Position numbers and translations under genes: made by a program. The notes below the pieces were generated by a model. The model was not told the origin of the DNA. It ran no database searches and saw only the letters and a program-made list of their open reading frames with translations. Positions 47,353 to 59,797 of a DNA stretch of 64,000 nt are shown here, piece after piece. This stretch comes from Selaginella moellendorffii. Its lineage: Eukaryota > Plantae > Lycopodiophyta. The DNA lies in assembly GCF_000143415.4 (NCBI RefSeq), contig NW_003314405.1, forward strand, positions 251,749 to 315,748, written 5' to 3'. Numbering within the stretch: the stretch's first letter is position 1; each line of letters starts with the position of its first letter.

Positions 47353-49271
47353 TCACTGCAGCATCTCAGTGATCCCGGCTTCTTCTGCCTGCTTCAGCTC
47401 CCTTGCTCTCGCTCGCTCTTCGGCATGCTTCTCCAGTTCGGCTCTGGCTTCGTCTGCTGCTTTCAGCTTCAGTTCGACCAATGTTCGGTTCGTAGCTTTC
47501 TCTTGGACGAGCATTTCTTGCACCTCTGCCAGCTGCTCCTTCATGTGGTAATACTCATCGGACAGCTTCTGGCATGACGTTGTGTTCATCAAAACTCTGG
47601 CTCGTTCCCCGTCCAGCAGCGTGGCCATCCGACTCACTTCTTCCTTCATCTCTGCTATCGCGGAATTTACCGCGGATTTCATTTCCGCAACAGCCGCATT
47701 GAGCGGGCCGAAAAATCTTCTGTCGAAGACTTCCTGATTCACCAGCAGCACCTGATCTGCCTGGAGAGCTTTGGCCACTTCCTCCGGTGAAAACTGTGCT
47801 GCTTTTCCACCTTGCTGCTGCTCCATACCTCGGATGGCGTTCATGAACATTGTTGCCGGAGACGATGGGCGCGGTTCTTCATTCCTGTGCTACTTTGGCT
47901 TGTCCTAGTCAAATTCCCTGCGCTCCGGGTATGGTCGCTTCTGCCCCTGCTCGTACCTCCTCATGAGTGATGTTGTGACGCCCTTGCGCTCCGTTCTTGC
48001 CTCTGCCTCCTGACCGTTCTTGGCGCTTATATCCCTCAGCCGATCCGAATATTCCTCAACCGTTTCCGGGTCCACTCGGGTTTCGGCTCTGAGTTCCTGA
48101 GGCTTCTCGGATTCCTTTTCCTTGATTGGTCGGCTCAGCATCTCTCCTGCTACCTGTTCCGTCTCACTGGAGCTTGCATAACTTACCAGTGGCTTTTTCT
48201 GCACCTCCTCTGCTTTCGGATCTCCTCGCTCCTCCTGCGATTTCTTCTCCAGCTCCTCTCTAGAATCCGACAGCTGAATTGCTTCCGCAGGTTCGGCCTC
48301 CTTGTCCGGTTTCCAGCTTCGGGTTCGCACACCCGGAGTTCCTGCTCGCGCCTGTTTCCTCCTTGCTTTTGGTGTCTCCGGCTTCTTTCCTTTTCTCTTC
48401 CCGTGTGTTTCAGCTTCTTCTTGGGCACCGGCGTATGTGCTGCTGCTGCTGCTACTGCTGCTGCTCGTTTTCGCCCCTTCAACTTTGGGGTCTCGTCCAC
48501 CGATTCCTCGGGCTCGTCCTCGGCTCCTTCTTCTGTCTCCTCTATTTCTTCTTCGGCTGGGCAATCCATCCGAATCACCCGATCAAGCTGTGGTCTCAGG
48601 CTTGTTTCTGCGCCCATCTATGCTAATGCTTCATAGAATGGCACCACACAGGTTTGCACCTGATCTGCTCCTCCTGCAATCGCCTCCACAGCAGTTTCCG
48701 TCTCCTTTTTCAGCCTCTGGAAAATGTAGGCCGCCACATCGATTGGGTCCCCGAACTGCAGAGCCTCATACATGAACGTTATCGTCTTGGATACTGACGA
48801 GTTCGATTTTCTGACATCCAATGCCGCCACCATGAATTTGAACACTGGCTTCAGGTGATCGGGGACGTTAGATATCTGGAGGCCGTCCTTCCGGTTGTAC
48901 TTTCCGAGATTCTGGATGAATCTCGGATTGATGTCCCGACCCTGTGCGCTGCCGATCATCAAGTCGCCGAATGGAAGCCCCAATGCCTCCCGAAGGTTTT
49001 CTGCTGTGATTTTGTACTGCCCAGAAGGCAGCTCCACGTACCCATTCTTCCACCTCCTGAGAAGACTGGCTCCGTGTGTCTCCTGATCATTGTTGATAGC
49101 TCGCTCCAGCCCTTCAAATCCCCTACTTCTTACCCATTCTCGGAAGCTCTGCTCGTGTCTCCCGGCCGGCCAGGTGAGTCTGGGGGCGTAGATCAGCAGC
49201 CTGAAGTTGTCCTCGCTCACGCTCCTGAGTTCTGCGGCAGCTGCTGGCGTCCATTCTGAAATCCTCACCAT
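47353..49271 (-). pseudogene. Extra 3' ORF of the Gypsy element: PMD/Transposase_32-like N-terminus, charged linker, coiled-coil C-terminus
   Basis: YKITAENLREALGLP and IDVAAYIFQRL motifs; in-frame TAG at 48618 and 47905; apparent frameshift near 48400. Confidence 0.6.
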
Positions 49272-49479
49272 TGTTGCGGCTGGGGTTAGGGTAAGCCGCC
49301 CTGAGTATTGGGTTTTGTTCCCCGAGCTTGGTTCGGAGTTCAAGTCCGTGCCCCGAATGTTTTTGGACTTAGTTGTTTTTCCGTTCCGGAGCCGCGGTAT
49401 ATCCGGATCTTGTCGCCGCGGTATATTCAGATTCACTTTCCGCGGTATATTCGGATCTTGTCGCCGCTGTCTGTCAGGA

Positions 49480-52400
49480 TTATCTTTCCGGTTCGATTCC
49501 GATGGCCTCAATTTTCCGAATCTGCGGATTTGGTCTTCTAGTTTCTTGCTCGTCATCCTTTTCTATTGTAAAATATTTCTGCAGTTTGTTGAAGTTCACA
49601 GTCTCGAGTTCTTCACCATCTAATGTCGCCAGTTTGGCTGTTCCTGGCGCTGTGAATTCTTTGATCACAAATGGTCCCTGCCATGAGGTCTTCATTTTAT
49701 TTCCGAGTTCTTCAACTTTTCCCCTGTACCAGAGGACTAAGTCGCCTTCTCGGATTTCATACTTCTTTTTCCCAACTTTTCGGTCATGCCGAGCTTTACG
49801 ACGAGCTTGAATAGCTTCTAATGTCCATACTGCTCGAAGCCTTTCTTCACTTAACTTGTCAAGCATAGCAAGCCTCTTTTTCACTCCTTCTTCTTGGTTG
49901 ATACCGAGTTCAACTGCCGTCCTGAGAGTCGGAACAACATATTCGAGTGGTGTCAGGGCTTCTAGCCCGAATGCTAGCCGAAATGGTGTCGTGTTGGTAG
50001 AGATTTTGTAGGCCGTTCTGTACGCCCATAATGCGTCGTGAATTCTCTCATCCCAGTCTCTCAAGTGCGTAGCTGAGATCTTTTTCAGGATATTTTTCAA
50101 CGTCTTGTTGGCTGATTCGGCCTGACCATTTCCTTGTGGATAATACGGTGTAGACGCCTTGTGCTTGATCATGAATTCCTGGGTTAGGATCTCCAGTGTT
50201 CTGTTGAGGAAATGAGTTCCTCTGTCAGTGACTATTTCTCTAGGAAGGCCATATCGGACAATAATGTATTCGTAAATAAATTTCGCTGTATTCCGAGCTG
50301 TAGCTTCTTTCAACGGCAATGCTTCGGCCCATTTTGTCATGTAATCTGTAGCAATCAGCACGTATTTGTTTCCCTTAGAACTCGTCGTCAGTGGACCGAC
50401 AAAGTCAAGTCCCCACCTTTGAAAAGGTTCCATTGCTGTTGTCGGATGTAGTTCCTGGAAAATTTTCCTTGGAGGTGGTTTAGTCCGTTGGCAGACATCA
50501 CATTCTCTGCAATGCTTCTCCGCATCTGCCCACAGGTTCGGCCACCATAGGCCTGCTTGTAGTACTTTTCTTGCTGTGATCTCACTGCCGAAATGACCTC
50601 CGGAGTTGCCTTCGTGAGCTTCGGATAGCAATTCCGGTGTTTCGTCTTGCTCAACACATCGTCTTAGAACATTATCGATTCCAAGCTTGTATAACCTTCC
50701 TCCCACAACTGAATAAGGCCTTGTCCTCAAGGCAAATTGTCGTTTTTGGTCAGCTGTTGTGTAGTTGTCGGGTATGCTACCCGTCGTGAGGTAGTGTTGG
50801 ATGTCCTGAAGCCAAGTCGGATTGTACGCCCGAATTGCTTTGACAGTAAATAGGTGAGCATCTGGGAAGTCATCGTTGGAGTATTTCGGGTCTTCGCCTG
50901 TTGTGATTCGGCTGAGATGATCAGCTTGTTCGTGTTGTCTTCCTGGTTTGTGAATAATTTCGAAATTGTATTCCTGAAGCAAAAGGAACTATCTTGCAAT
51001 GCGTCCTGTCAACAATGGCTTGTTGAGTAAATGTAACAAGGCCTTATGATCGACCATGATTTTGACTCTATTGGCCAGTAGATAGTGCCTAAATTTTTGC
51101 AAAGCGTAAACCATTCCGAGCGTTTCCTTTTCTGTGGTTGTATAGTTCATTTCGGCTGGGTTCAGCCGACGTCCGGCATAATATATCGGTCGGTCCTTCC
51201 CGTCGTCTTGAAGTTGGGAAAGTATGGCCCCGATTGCATAATCGGATGCATCTACTTGGACAATGAATTCTCGTTTCCAATTCGGTTGAACAAGTATTGG
51301 TGCTCGCACCAAATGACTCTTGAGTGTTTGAAATGCTTTGTCGCACTCAGAAGTCCATTTAAATAGCTGTTGCTTCTTCAACAGGTCAGTTATCGGTTTA
51401 CTGATCCGAGCGTAATCTCGGATGAACCGGCGGTGATATCCCATTTTTCCTAGAAATCTTCGGACTCCTGAGACTTCTGTCGGAGGTTCCATATTGAGAA
51501 TGATCTCCATTTTGGCTTTGTCTATTAGAATGCCGTGTTCACAGACGACATGTCCGAGTAGAACTCCCGATTTTACGAAAAAGGTGCACTTCTCCGGATT
51601 TAGAGCGATGTTGTTGTCCCTGCACTTGTTGAAGCATTTTTGAAGGCATTCCAAGTGCCTTGCTTTGTTGCTGAAGACGCTGAAATCGTCCATAAAAACT
51701 CGCATGAAGTCTGTAAGGTATTCCTGAAAAGTCTCGGTTATAATTCTTTGGAATGTGAATGGAGCATTCGTAAGGCCGAATGGCATGCGCAAATATGCGT
51801 AAGCTCCCCACGGACTGATGAATGCTGTTTTATGTTGATCTTCCTCTGCGATGTGCACTTGGTTATAACCGCTAAATCCGTCCAGAAAAGAGTACATTTC
51901 ATGTCCGGCAACTGAATCCAGTATCTCGTCTGTGAACGGAATTGGAAATGTGTCGGTGGTGGTGCTCTCGTTCAACTTCTTGTAATTGACACATATTCGT
52001 AGCTTGCCATTTTTCTTGGGCACGATTACTAGTGGTGATAGCCATCTAGCATTCTGTATCGGCCTGATGAATTGAGCCTCGAGGAGTTTGTCGAGTTCGG
52101 CTTTCACCCTTTGCTGGAAGTTCGGGTTCATTCGGTATGCTCTTTGTTTCTTCGGTGTTGCACCTGGAATGAGTTGAATACGATGAGTATATAACTCTGG
52201 GGGTATTCCTCGTAAATCTTTGTATGACCATGCGAAAACATCTTGGTTTCGTCGCAAAAGGTCGATAGCTTGTTGTTTGAAGTCGGAATTGAGTTCCTGA
52301 GCCATGAGAACATTTCGGGGCTGTTCGCTTGTCCCTATGTTCACTGTATCCAGTTCTTCATTGACCTTGATTTTGTTTTGAAGAATCTCTCCTCTTTTCA

Positions 52401-54450
52401 CCAACGCTGGAGTCTCGTCAAGCTCTATTTGATACTCTCGTGATTGTATTTGTTCGAGTTTGATATCCGGAATTTCACGTTGGCCGATCTTCGGCTGTGT
52501 TTTGGCGAATGCTTCGGGTTGTGTTTCCGTACTTTGTGGCAGGATTCGTCTAAGGTCGACCTGCGTGATTGGTTGCAGTTCGGGATATGCCTGGAGAAGT
52601 TGGAGTTCTTCCATATCGTCCAATCCTTCGTGCCAGTCATATGATTCTACATAAATCGGCTTGTTTGACTGAAGAATTCGTTTAGTACGTGTTGTCGATA
52701 ACTGCGGTGCATCTGGATGCTGGCCTAGAGTTATCTTGTTACTTCCCCAAAAATGTAGAATGTCTGCACTGCGGAGCCATGTTCGGCCTATTAGAACATC
52801 GTATCCGCCTTCGGCATCAGTCATCTTGAGGATGATGAAGTTGAGTCTGTACTTGTTTGCTTTGACTTGTATGGGTACATTTCGTATGATCCCGAATGGT
52901 CGGATTTGTCGCTGGTCAGCCATGATGACGTTAAATGGGGCTGGCTCGCATTGTCCCGTGCCTAGAGATTTGAAAGTGTTGTATTCCATGATATTGACTC
53001 CTGAGCCACCATCGAGTATAGCTTCCACGGGTTTGTTTTTGCCGACAATAATGTTGATGCATGGTGAATCTCCGTCATAATCTCCGGGTTGTACCTCGGC
53101 TTGGAGTGCTTCGACTGTTGGCTGATCTTTCCGAGTGTTCGGCTGAGTCTGAGTAGCATTTCAGATTTGTTTGGTCAAGTATGGTGCAAGCTGAAGTATT
53201 TGTTGAAGCGTCAACGTAACGCCTTGCTGCAAAATTTGATTAACTATTTCAGTGTGTTCATCTTGTGTGAAAGGCTCGTAGCCTTGCGGTAATTCTTGGT
53301 CATTGATATCATTGATCTCGGGAGCCATGTTTCTGAGCTCCTCGGTAATCTCCTGAGTTTTTCGTTTCGCTTCCTTCCACTCCGAAGAGGAAATTTCCTC
53401 TACTTCTGGGTCGTTGTTATCTTCCGGCTCCGGTTCGGGTTGCCGAGCTCGCGCTCGGGTAATTGCCCGAGCTGTTGGCCGTTGTTCGTAATTCTCCTCT
53501 TCTCCGGTTTCTTGTGGTTCGGTGACTTCCATTGACCGAGTTGTTGGTTGTTGAGGTCTATTTGGTGGACCTTGTGCTTGTTCTCGACCTTGATATTGTA
53601 TCCTTTGTCCTGGAGGCTGTGGACGATTTGAATTCGCATTTCTCGTATCTTGGTAGTTTTGTGGCTGTGGTTGTTGCATTCTCTCGTATTGAAGGTATGT
53701 CGGAGCCTGTTGGTATGGTTGGCTTTGGTAACCTCGGTTCGTGTCTTGCTGGCTGGATTGGCCATAAGGGCCATATGGTCGACGATAGTCATCTCTCCTC
53801 CGGTCATTTCGAGGTGGTCCTCGGTAGTTCCATGTGTTCCTCTCGTTTGGATACTGGGGCCGATCATTCAGATATGGGGGCCGATTGCTCAGATACGGAG
53901 GCCGATTGTCTCTTCGATTGAAATTGGATACTTGCTGCACCTCAGTGTACATTCTCTGTCGGCAAATCTGAGCTGTGTGTCCTTCTCGGTCACATATTTG
54001 ACATCGTGGTACCTGGAATCTGCATTCGCTGGATGCATGCCCTTCATTTTTGCATTTGGCACAAAATACTCCGGGTTTGAGTTCCGAATACTTCGGTTTG
54101 GTTTCCTTGTTTTTGCCTTTGAGCAATTTCTTGAGTATATTTGGGATAGAGTCCTCATTTGAGTCGTGATTCTTGTCTCTTTTTCTTTCCATATCTTCGT
54201 ATTCATCATTGTTGTTCACTTCGGAGAGATTCGGGTTGAATGCCTTCATCTGCCTATCAACGGCTATGGCAAACTCGCACATTTCCTGAACTCCAAACTT
54301 TGAAGTGGTTGTCTCATCATCAAGTGCCATTGCCGGTATGAGTGATGCAAAGTATTGTCGGTACCTTTTGAGCATTCCCCGAAAGTACCAGTTTCTTCGT
54401 CCTCTATCGGTTAAGAGTTCCGTGCATTTGGCTGCATGGTCATTGAATCT
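49480..54450 (-). pseudogene. Single-frame gag-pol with two in-frame nonsense codons (53161 TGA, 50989 TAG)
   Basis: All three ORF pieces are in the same frame. The sister copy has ARW where this one has AR*, consistent with TGG>TAG. Confidence 0.88.
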
Positions 54451-54453
54451 TCA

Positions 54454-57400
54454 TGTTTAGCACTTGGAATCACCCAAGTGCTAAACTCGACCACGACCCT
54501 CATGACAAAACTCCTCACCCAACGCAGAGCGCTTAGGTGTCTTTGGTGCTCAGTCAACATACTTCAGACCAACGCTTCCAAGTCCAAATGCTAAGGTTTC
54601 TGATATCAACTGTGTGAGCAGCCTGAGCCACTCACCAGGACAGATCCTACAGCATCCAGCGCAAGCACCACTCATCCGTAAGTTCACTTACTTCCAAAAC
54701 TAGAGTCGATTCAGACTTCACTTCTTTTCCGCTAAAGCACCCATCACGGTGCCCCTTGCCTAAGTATCACCTTAGTACAAGAATTGAAGAAGAAAAGAAT
54801 TACTGACCACACTTCCGCATGATACCACGTGTGATATCATACTACGTGTAGTTCTCAACCTTGGCAGCAGGACCGGAGGTGCCTACGATGGCAATAGACC
54901 TACAAGGTTGATGGCCTTGCTTTCAGTCGATTGTCCACCTTAACACCCCACAACCAAAACCAGCAAATCACAACTCCACTTCCCCATGTCCGATTTAGCA
55001 AGAAGCCCAATCCTCATCCTCATGATAACTTTCTTTTGCAAGCTCGGTCTATCTCGATATCCAGGGAACCCTACCCAGATATCTCAAGGACACTAAGTCC
55101 AGCAGCAGAACCTTTGCTACTTAGACTCGTTCACTACTTTTCGATCAGCTTTTCAGCTGACATTCAGGTCGAGGGCAAGATCCTGCCCAATCCTGTGCAC
55201 CATCCCTCGCCTCGCATAGGTAGCTCCTTCAGTTATCTCGTAGCTTAGAGGATGAAGTCAGACTTCATCCTCACTTGGGTCCTTCCACCGATCGACACTT
55301 GAATGAACCAGCTAAGTTTTTATGGATTTTCCAGATCCAAGCTCTCGCTTGCTCCCTCCATTTTAACTTAGCCCTCTGATTCCACGAACCAGAATGGTAA
55401 CTTGCTATTACCATGCTCACCAGTACTAAGGGAAGATCATTTAGGTAACTCGGCTCCTAGGGTCGCCACAAACGTCTGACTCCTAAGGCCTCTAGCCACC
55501 GCTAGTTCTCTACGCCACCACCAACATGATCCTTTCCCGTTTCCCACCAAGTATAAACTCAGTCATCTGAAACTCAGACAACCTCATCTCGTCGATCAAC
55601 TCTGGTTTGTCCAGCTTTTCTAGACACCCAAGTCTACGGTAACCAATGGTGAGTGGGGTAGTGTACTCTCACTTATCCCTACTCCAGCCACTCTATCTCT
55701 CGGTAAATTATCCCAGTATTGCCTCTAGCTCCAAAAGCCTTCTGCAATACTCAGCAGTATCTCCATGTATCTATCGTTGGAGAGTTCCAAGTCAAGTAGT
55801 CTCGCCTCATTGTCCTGCGAGTGGGGAGTTCTTTCCCCCACGGCCACTACCACTCGGAACATAACCAGCTCTGGTGGTAACCACAAGGCCTCCGCCGAGT
55901 GCGTTACCTCGATCTTATCTTTTGGGGACTTCTCAGGGCAGTTCACAACCTGAACCTCCTTCCTCGTTCCCTACTCAGCTTCCTCGGTTCAACATGTTTT
56001 CACATGTCTCTGCAAGTGCCGTTCCCTTTGGTAATTCACATCTTGCTAAGAAGGCCAAAGCGTCCTAACCAAGAAGCTTCCTGCTTCCGGTACTTTTCAC
56101 TTTACCAAGGTCACTCCTGTAGAGATGGATAGCAGCTAGTAATTTCTCAACCAAGCAGAGGGGCACTTCGTCCACCTCTCTACCAAGTCCGATTACTCTT
56201 TCAATGGTAACAAATTTCACTTTGTCTGTTCTGAACTCTTATCAGACAGGTCCTGATAAACCAAGTATTTGACGTATATCAGGCACCAGGCAGAATGGAG
56301 TACATCGGGACTTAGCTCAATTCGCATTCCATCTGTTCTACTCGGCCCTCTCCGAGTGAACCTTCACTCCTTAGTGAAAACCACCCTCAGAGTTTTAGCT
56401 GCCTCAGTGACTTGCCTTTTCGCAACCTCCTGCTAGCTACTTACCCTTACAAGCCACTGATCCTAGCTCTCCGAAGAACTCGAAGAACTTGATATCCAAC
56501 ATCTCTCACAGGGACAAGTTCTTTCCAAACATGGGGTGTGCACTTCACCCCACTTTTCAAGCCTTTCTAGTTATGCCTGCATCTCAACGCTTCCACAGTC
56601 TAGCTTAGTCCCATACCTAAGCACTGTGGAGCATGAGCTCTCTGTGTTTGTCGGTTCACCCATCGGTAGGAAGAAAAACTCATCCACACCAACTCCGACA
56701 AACTCATTCCAACCGCTTAGCCTACAAACACTTTGCAGCCAGCAAGGAATCTGGATTTTGTCAGTCGCAACTCACAAGGCACAAGAAATTTTGAGTTGAT
56801 AACCTCTCATTTCTCAGTCCATCTCATGGAGACAAACTCCGTCCACGACAAACTGAAAAACAAAAATTTTATCAACTTGGCTCTGATACCACGTGTGACG
56901 TGGCACCCTCTCTGATACCACGTGTAACGTGGTACCCTCTCGAATACCACGTGTGACGCGTATTACCCCTTGGAGGCCACACGGGAAACGGGTGGTGCCA
57001 TTGCTGATCCCACCTGTAACGTGTGCTACCCCTCGGAGGCAATACGTGTCGACGACTGCCGTCTCAAGCAGCCTTGGCCCACGTTGCGACTACGAGGGCT
57101 TTTAGCATACCATCAAATATCCACTTGGAGCTCGATTAACCGCGACGTCTAGACCCTTGGTGGACTTAGCCTCCCAAGACATCCACCTCTGAGGAATCAC
57201 CCAACAGGAGGCTTCAACACCTAGAGTCTCCTAACCATGAGCTAGCCAGAGCTAACTCCCCCCGAGCGAGTCAAGTGGGAACCTCACACGACGAGGCTCG
57301 GTATCGGGCCTCCAGCCTCAGCGTGTCTCGTGACTTGGCTGTTTCCACCCAAGTCCTTCCCACACCTCGTCCGGATTCACAGTGTAGCCTTGCCACGAGC

Positions 57401-58551
57401 TACACCGGCACCTTGGCTGCTGCCCTCGCTATCAGGGACTTACTCTCAGCCAAGCCTTCACTTGTCAGAGCTGCTCTTCACAGCCTGCCTGACTTCCTGT
57501 GTCTTTCGCTCCTAAGAGCTTTTCTTAGTCAGAGCCGCTCTTCACGGCCTGCCTGACTCTCCACTTAGCCAGAGCTGCTCTGCACAGCCTGCCTGGCCCA
57601 AACCTCAGCCAGAGCTGTTCTTTACAGCCTGCCTGACTAGTTTGTCTTTTGCTCCTAATTTATCCGAGTTGTTCTTGACAACCTGCCGAATTTCCGCTTT
57701 GCCAGAGTCGTTCTTCACGACATGTCTGATTCCGCTTTTCAGCTGGAGCTGCTCTGCACAGCCTGCCCAGCTTCACCACAGCCAGAGCTGATCCTCTCAG
57801 CATGCCTGACTTCTCTTTGGAAAAACCCAGAAAACAGCAGTTTCCTCTCAGTTTTTCCCAGGTGGGAACTCAACTTCCACTTCCTTCTACAGAAGCAGAG
57901 GTCAGTCCCCTATACCCTCCGATACTTCCAGTAGGACCCCGGACCCCCCCTCTATTTGACCACACGGTGTAGGCTGCGATACTTTTTCTAGTGAGGGAGC
58001 TCCGACACGTCATCAGTCCCGACACATCATCAGTCCCGACACGTCATCAGTCCTGACACGTCAGCAGCGGAGGTTCTTTCAGGTAACTTTTCCCCTTGAG
58101 TCCCGACACGTCAGGACTCCCGCCACGTCAGCATGACTCCCGACTCCTGCCACGTCAGCACTCCTGCCACGTCAGCGTCTTTCGCGACTCCTGACACGTC
58201 AGCACTCTTGACACGTCAGCGATGGTCGCGACTCCTGCCACGTCAGCGTCTTTCGCGAGTCCTGCCACGTCAGCACTCCTGCCACGTCAGCGTTACTCAC
58301 GACTCGTGACACGTCAGCTCTCCTAACACGTCAGCGATCCTCGCGAGCGCTGCCACGTCAGCGTCCTGCCACGTCAGCAGCCCTTGGTACTTGGTAAATT
58401 CCCCTGCACTGAACTCAGCACTCCTGCCGATCAGCGTCTTTAGTGCCGGTAGCCACTTACTCGGCACTTTAAGTCCGGCGACATCACCCTCCTCGGGATA
58501 AGGCCTACCACGGCTCCCGCGAGTCCTGCCACGCCTGCTCGGACTAGTTAC
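54454..58551 (-). mobile_element. LTR element with a long LTR (~56892-58551), Met PBS at 56877-56891 and a non-coding or degenerate interior (LARD-like)
   Basis: TTGGCTCTGATACCA is the reverse complement of the Met PBS; LTR homologous to 41206-41636 and 63420-64000; no recognisable intact pol ORF. Confidence 0.65.
58005..58378. promoter_or_regulatory. Array of 16 CACGTCA (TGACGTG) ACGT-core motifs in the putative LTR U3
   Basis: Counted directly; upstream on the minus strand of a TATA-like site at ~57911. Confidence 0.7.
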
Positions 58552-58566
58552 TTAGCGGAGAAGCTA

Positions 58567-59797
58567 TGTTACGTCCTTATGCCAAGTACCACCGGAACCA
58601 GCCTGGCTCTACGACATACCTCCGTAACGCAAGATCTCTATTCCCGACTAAAATGCATCAATGTTGTCAAGAGGATAGGATTGGTCTGTACACCAGAAAA
58701 CGATCTGAGGTGGTTAGCAGCTCCAAATTTACCATTCGAACAGCTTGAGAAAGCTCTTTACGATGTGATTATGGTGGTAGATCCCCACAAACTTGTACTG
58801 ATCTACACCAATCAACGATACAGATACAATACCTTTGATTTAGCAACCCGAAACCGAAGCATGCAGCCGAATGAGTTCAATACTATTCGCTAAAGGTGAC
58901 CCGATTAAAGCAGCAGAGAGAGACAAAAGAGCAGAAGATAGATCTGTCAGAAAATCACAACTCCAACAGCAACGCGAAAACATTCTCGAACGAATATTCA
59001 CAAAGATCGGACAACAAGACAGCCAGACTCAGACTCCAAACCCGATACCCAAGATCCAAGAACTTAGTCCCGATAGACGGACACCAAGTCCAGAGTTTCC
59101 TGGACTAAATCCATTCGGAGCATCATCCTCAAGAGGATATCAATTTCCCTTTATCAGCAGCCCACTCACAAAGCTAACTACTGTTCAAGAGACACCAATC
59201 TTGACACATACAACAATATTCAAAGCAAAAGAAGAACACAAGTCGGAAGACGAGTCCGACCACCCGCAACCCGAAGCCCAGGAAGCATCAACAGCAGAGT
59301 CTGCTGGAATATCAACCCAGACAACACCTATTACACATACAAGGCAGGATATTGAGTCCGAAGATCCACCAAAACAACAACCGGAAAACAATTCCGAAGT
59401 TGAAAAACAATTTAGCCAGGGAGAGCGTAAAACCAACGGTGCTTACGTCGAGCTCACGTTTGACTTACCGCAGTCCATCAAGATGCAAGCCATCCCTTCA
59501 ACAGCCTATGGGCGAACGGTCTCTTACCCAATTTTTCAAGGCGCCAAAGGTGAAGATCCAGATCGACACCTCCAACAATACAACAAAGCCATTACCATCA
59601 ATGGCCAAGAAGCCTATCGAGAAACACTTTTTCAGTACACACTGAAAGACAGAGCACTCGACTGGTATTACACCTTAAACAAAGACAAGCAATACGATGA
59701 TATTATAAAAGCTTTCAAGCTTCGATATCAGTCACAGAGAACACCCGAAGAACACCTCGAGATCCTCAAAAACATCAGACAGGATCCAGATGAAGAC
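58567..59797 (+). pseudogene. N-terminal Gypsy gag fragment (Retrotrans_gag-like)
   Basis: YPIFQGAKGEDPDRHL...LFQYTLKDRALDWY...FKLRY...LKNIRQDPDED, truncated by a Copia LTR. Confidence 0.8.

Larger units (their letters stand above)
46889..54450 (-). mobile_element. Non-chromovirus Ty3/Gypsy (Selgy-like by inference): gag C-terminus, PR-RT-RH-IN, extra 3' ORF, 3' LTR 46889-47316
   Basis: Two CCHC knuckles, ILDGGSG protease, FMDD RT, VDAS RNase H, HHCC+DDE integrase, in Gypsy order; no chromodomain seen. Confidence 0.93.

Noticed and set aside
50989-53163. Programmed stop-codon readthrough in gag-pol
   Set aside because: The stops are explained by single transitions (TGG>TAG, likely CGA>TGA), and the sister copy has Trp at the 50989 position.
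58005-58378. CRISPR-like array
   Set aside because: Eukaryotic LTR context, spacers are themselves repetitive, and there are no cas genes.
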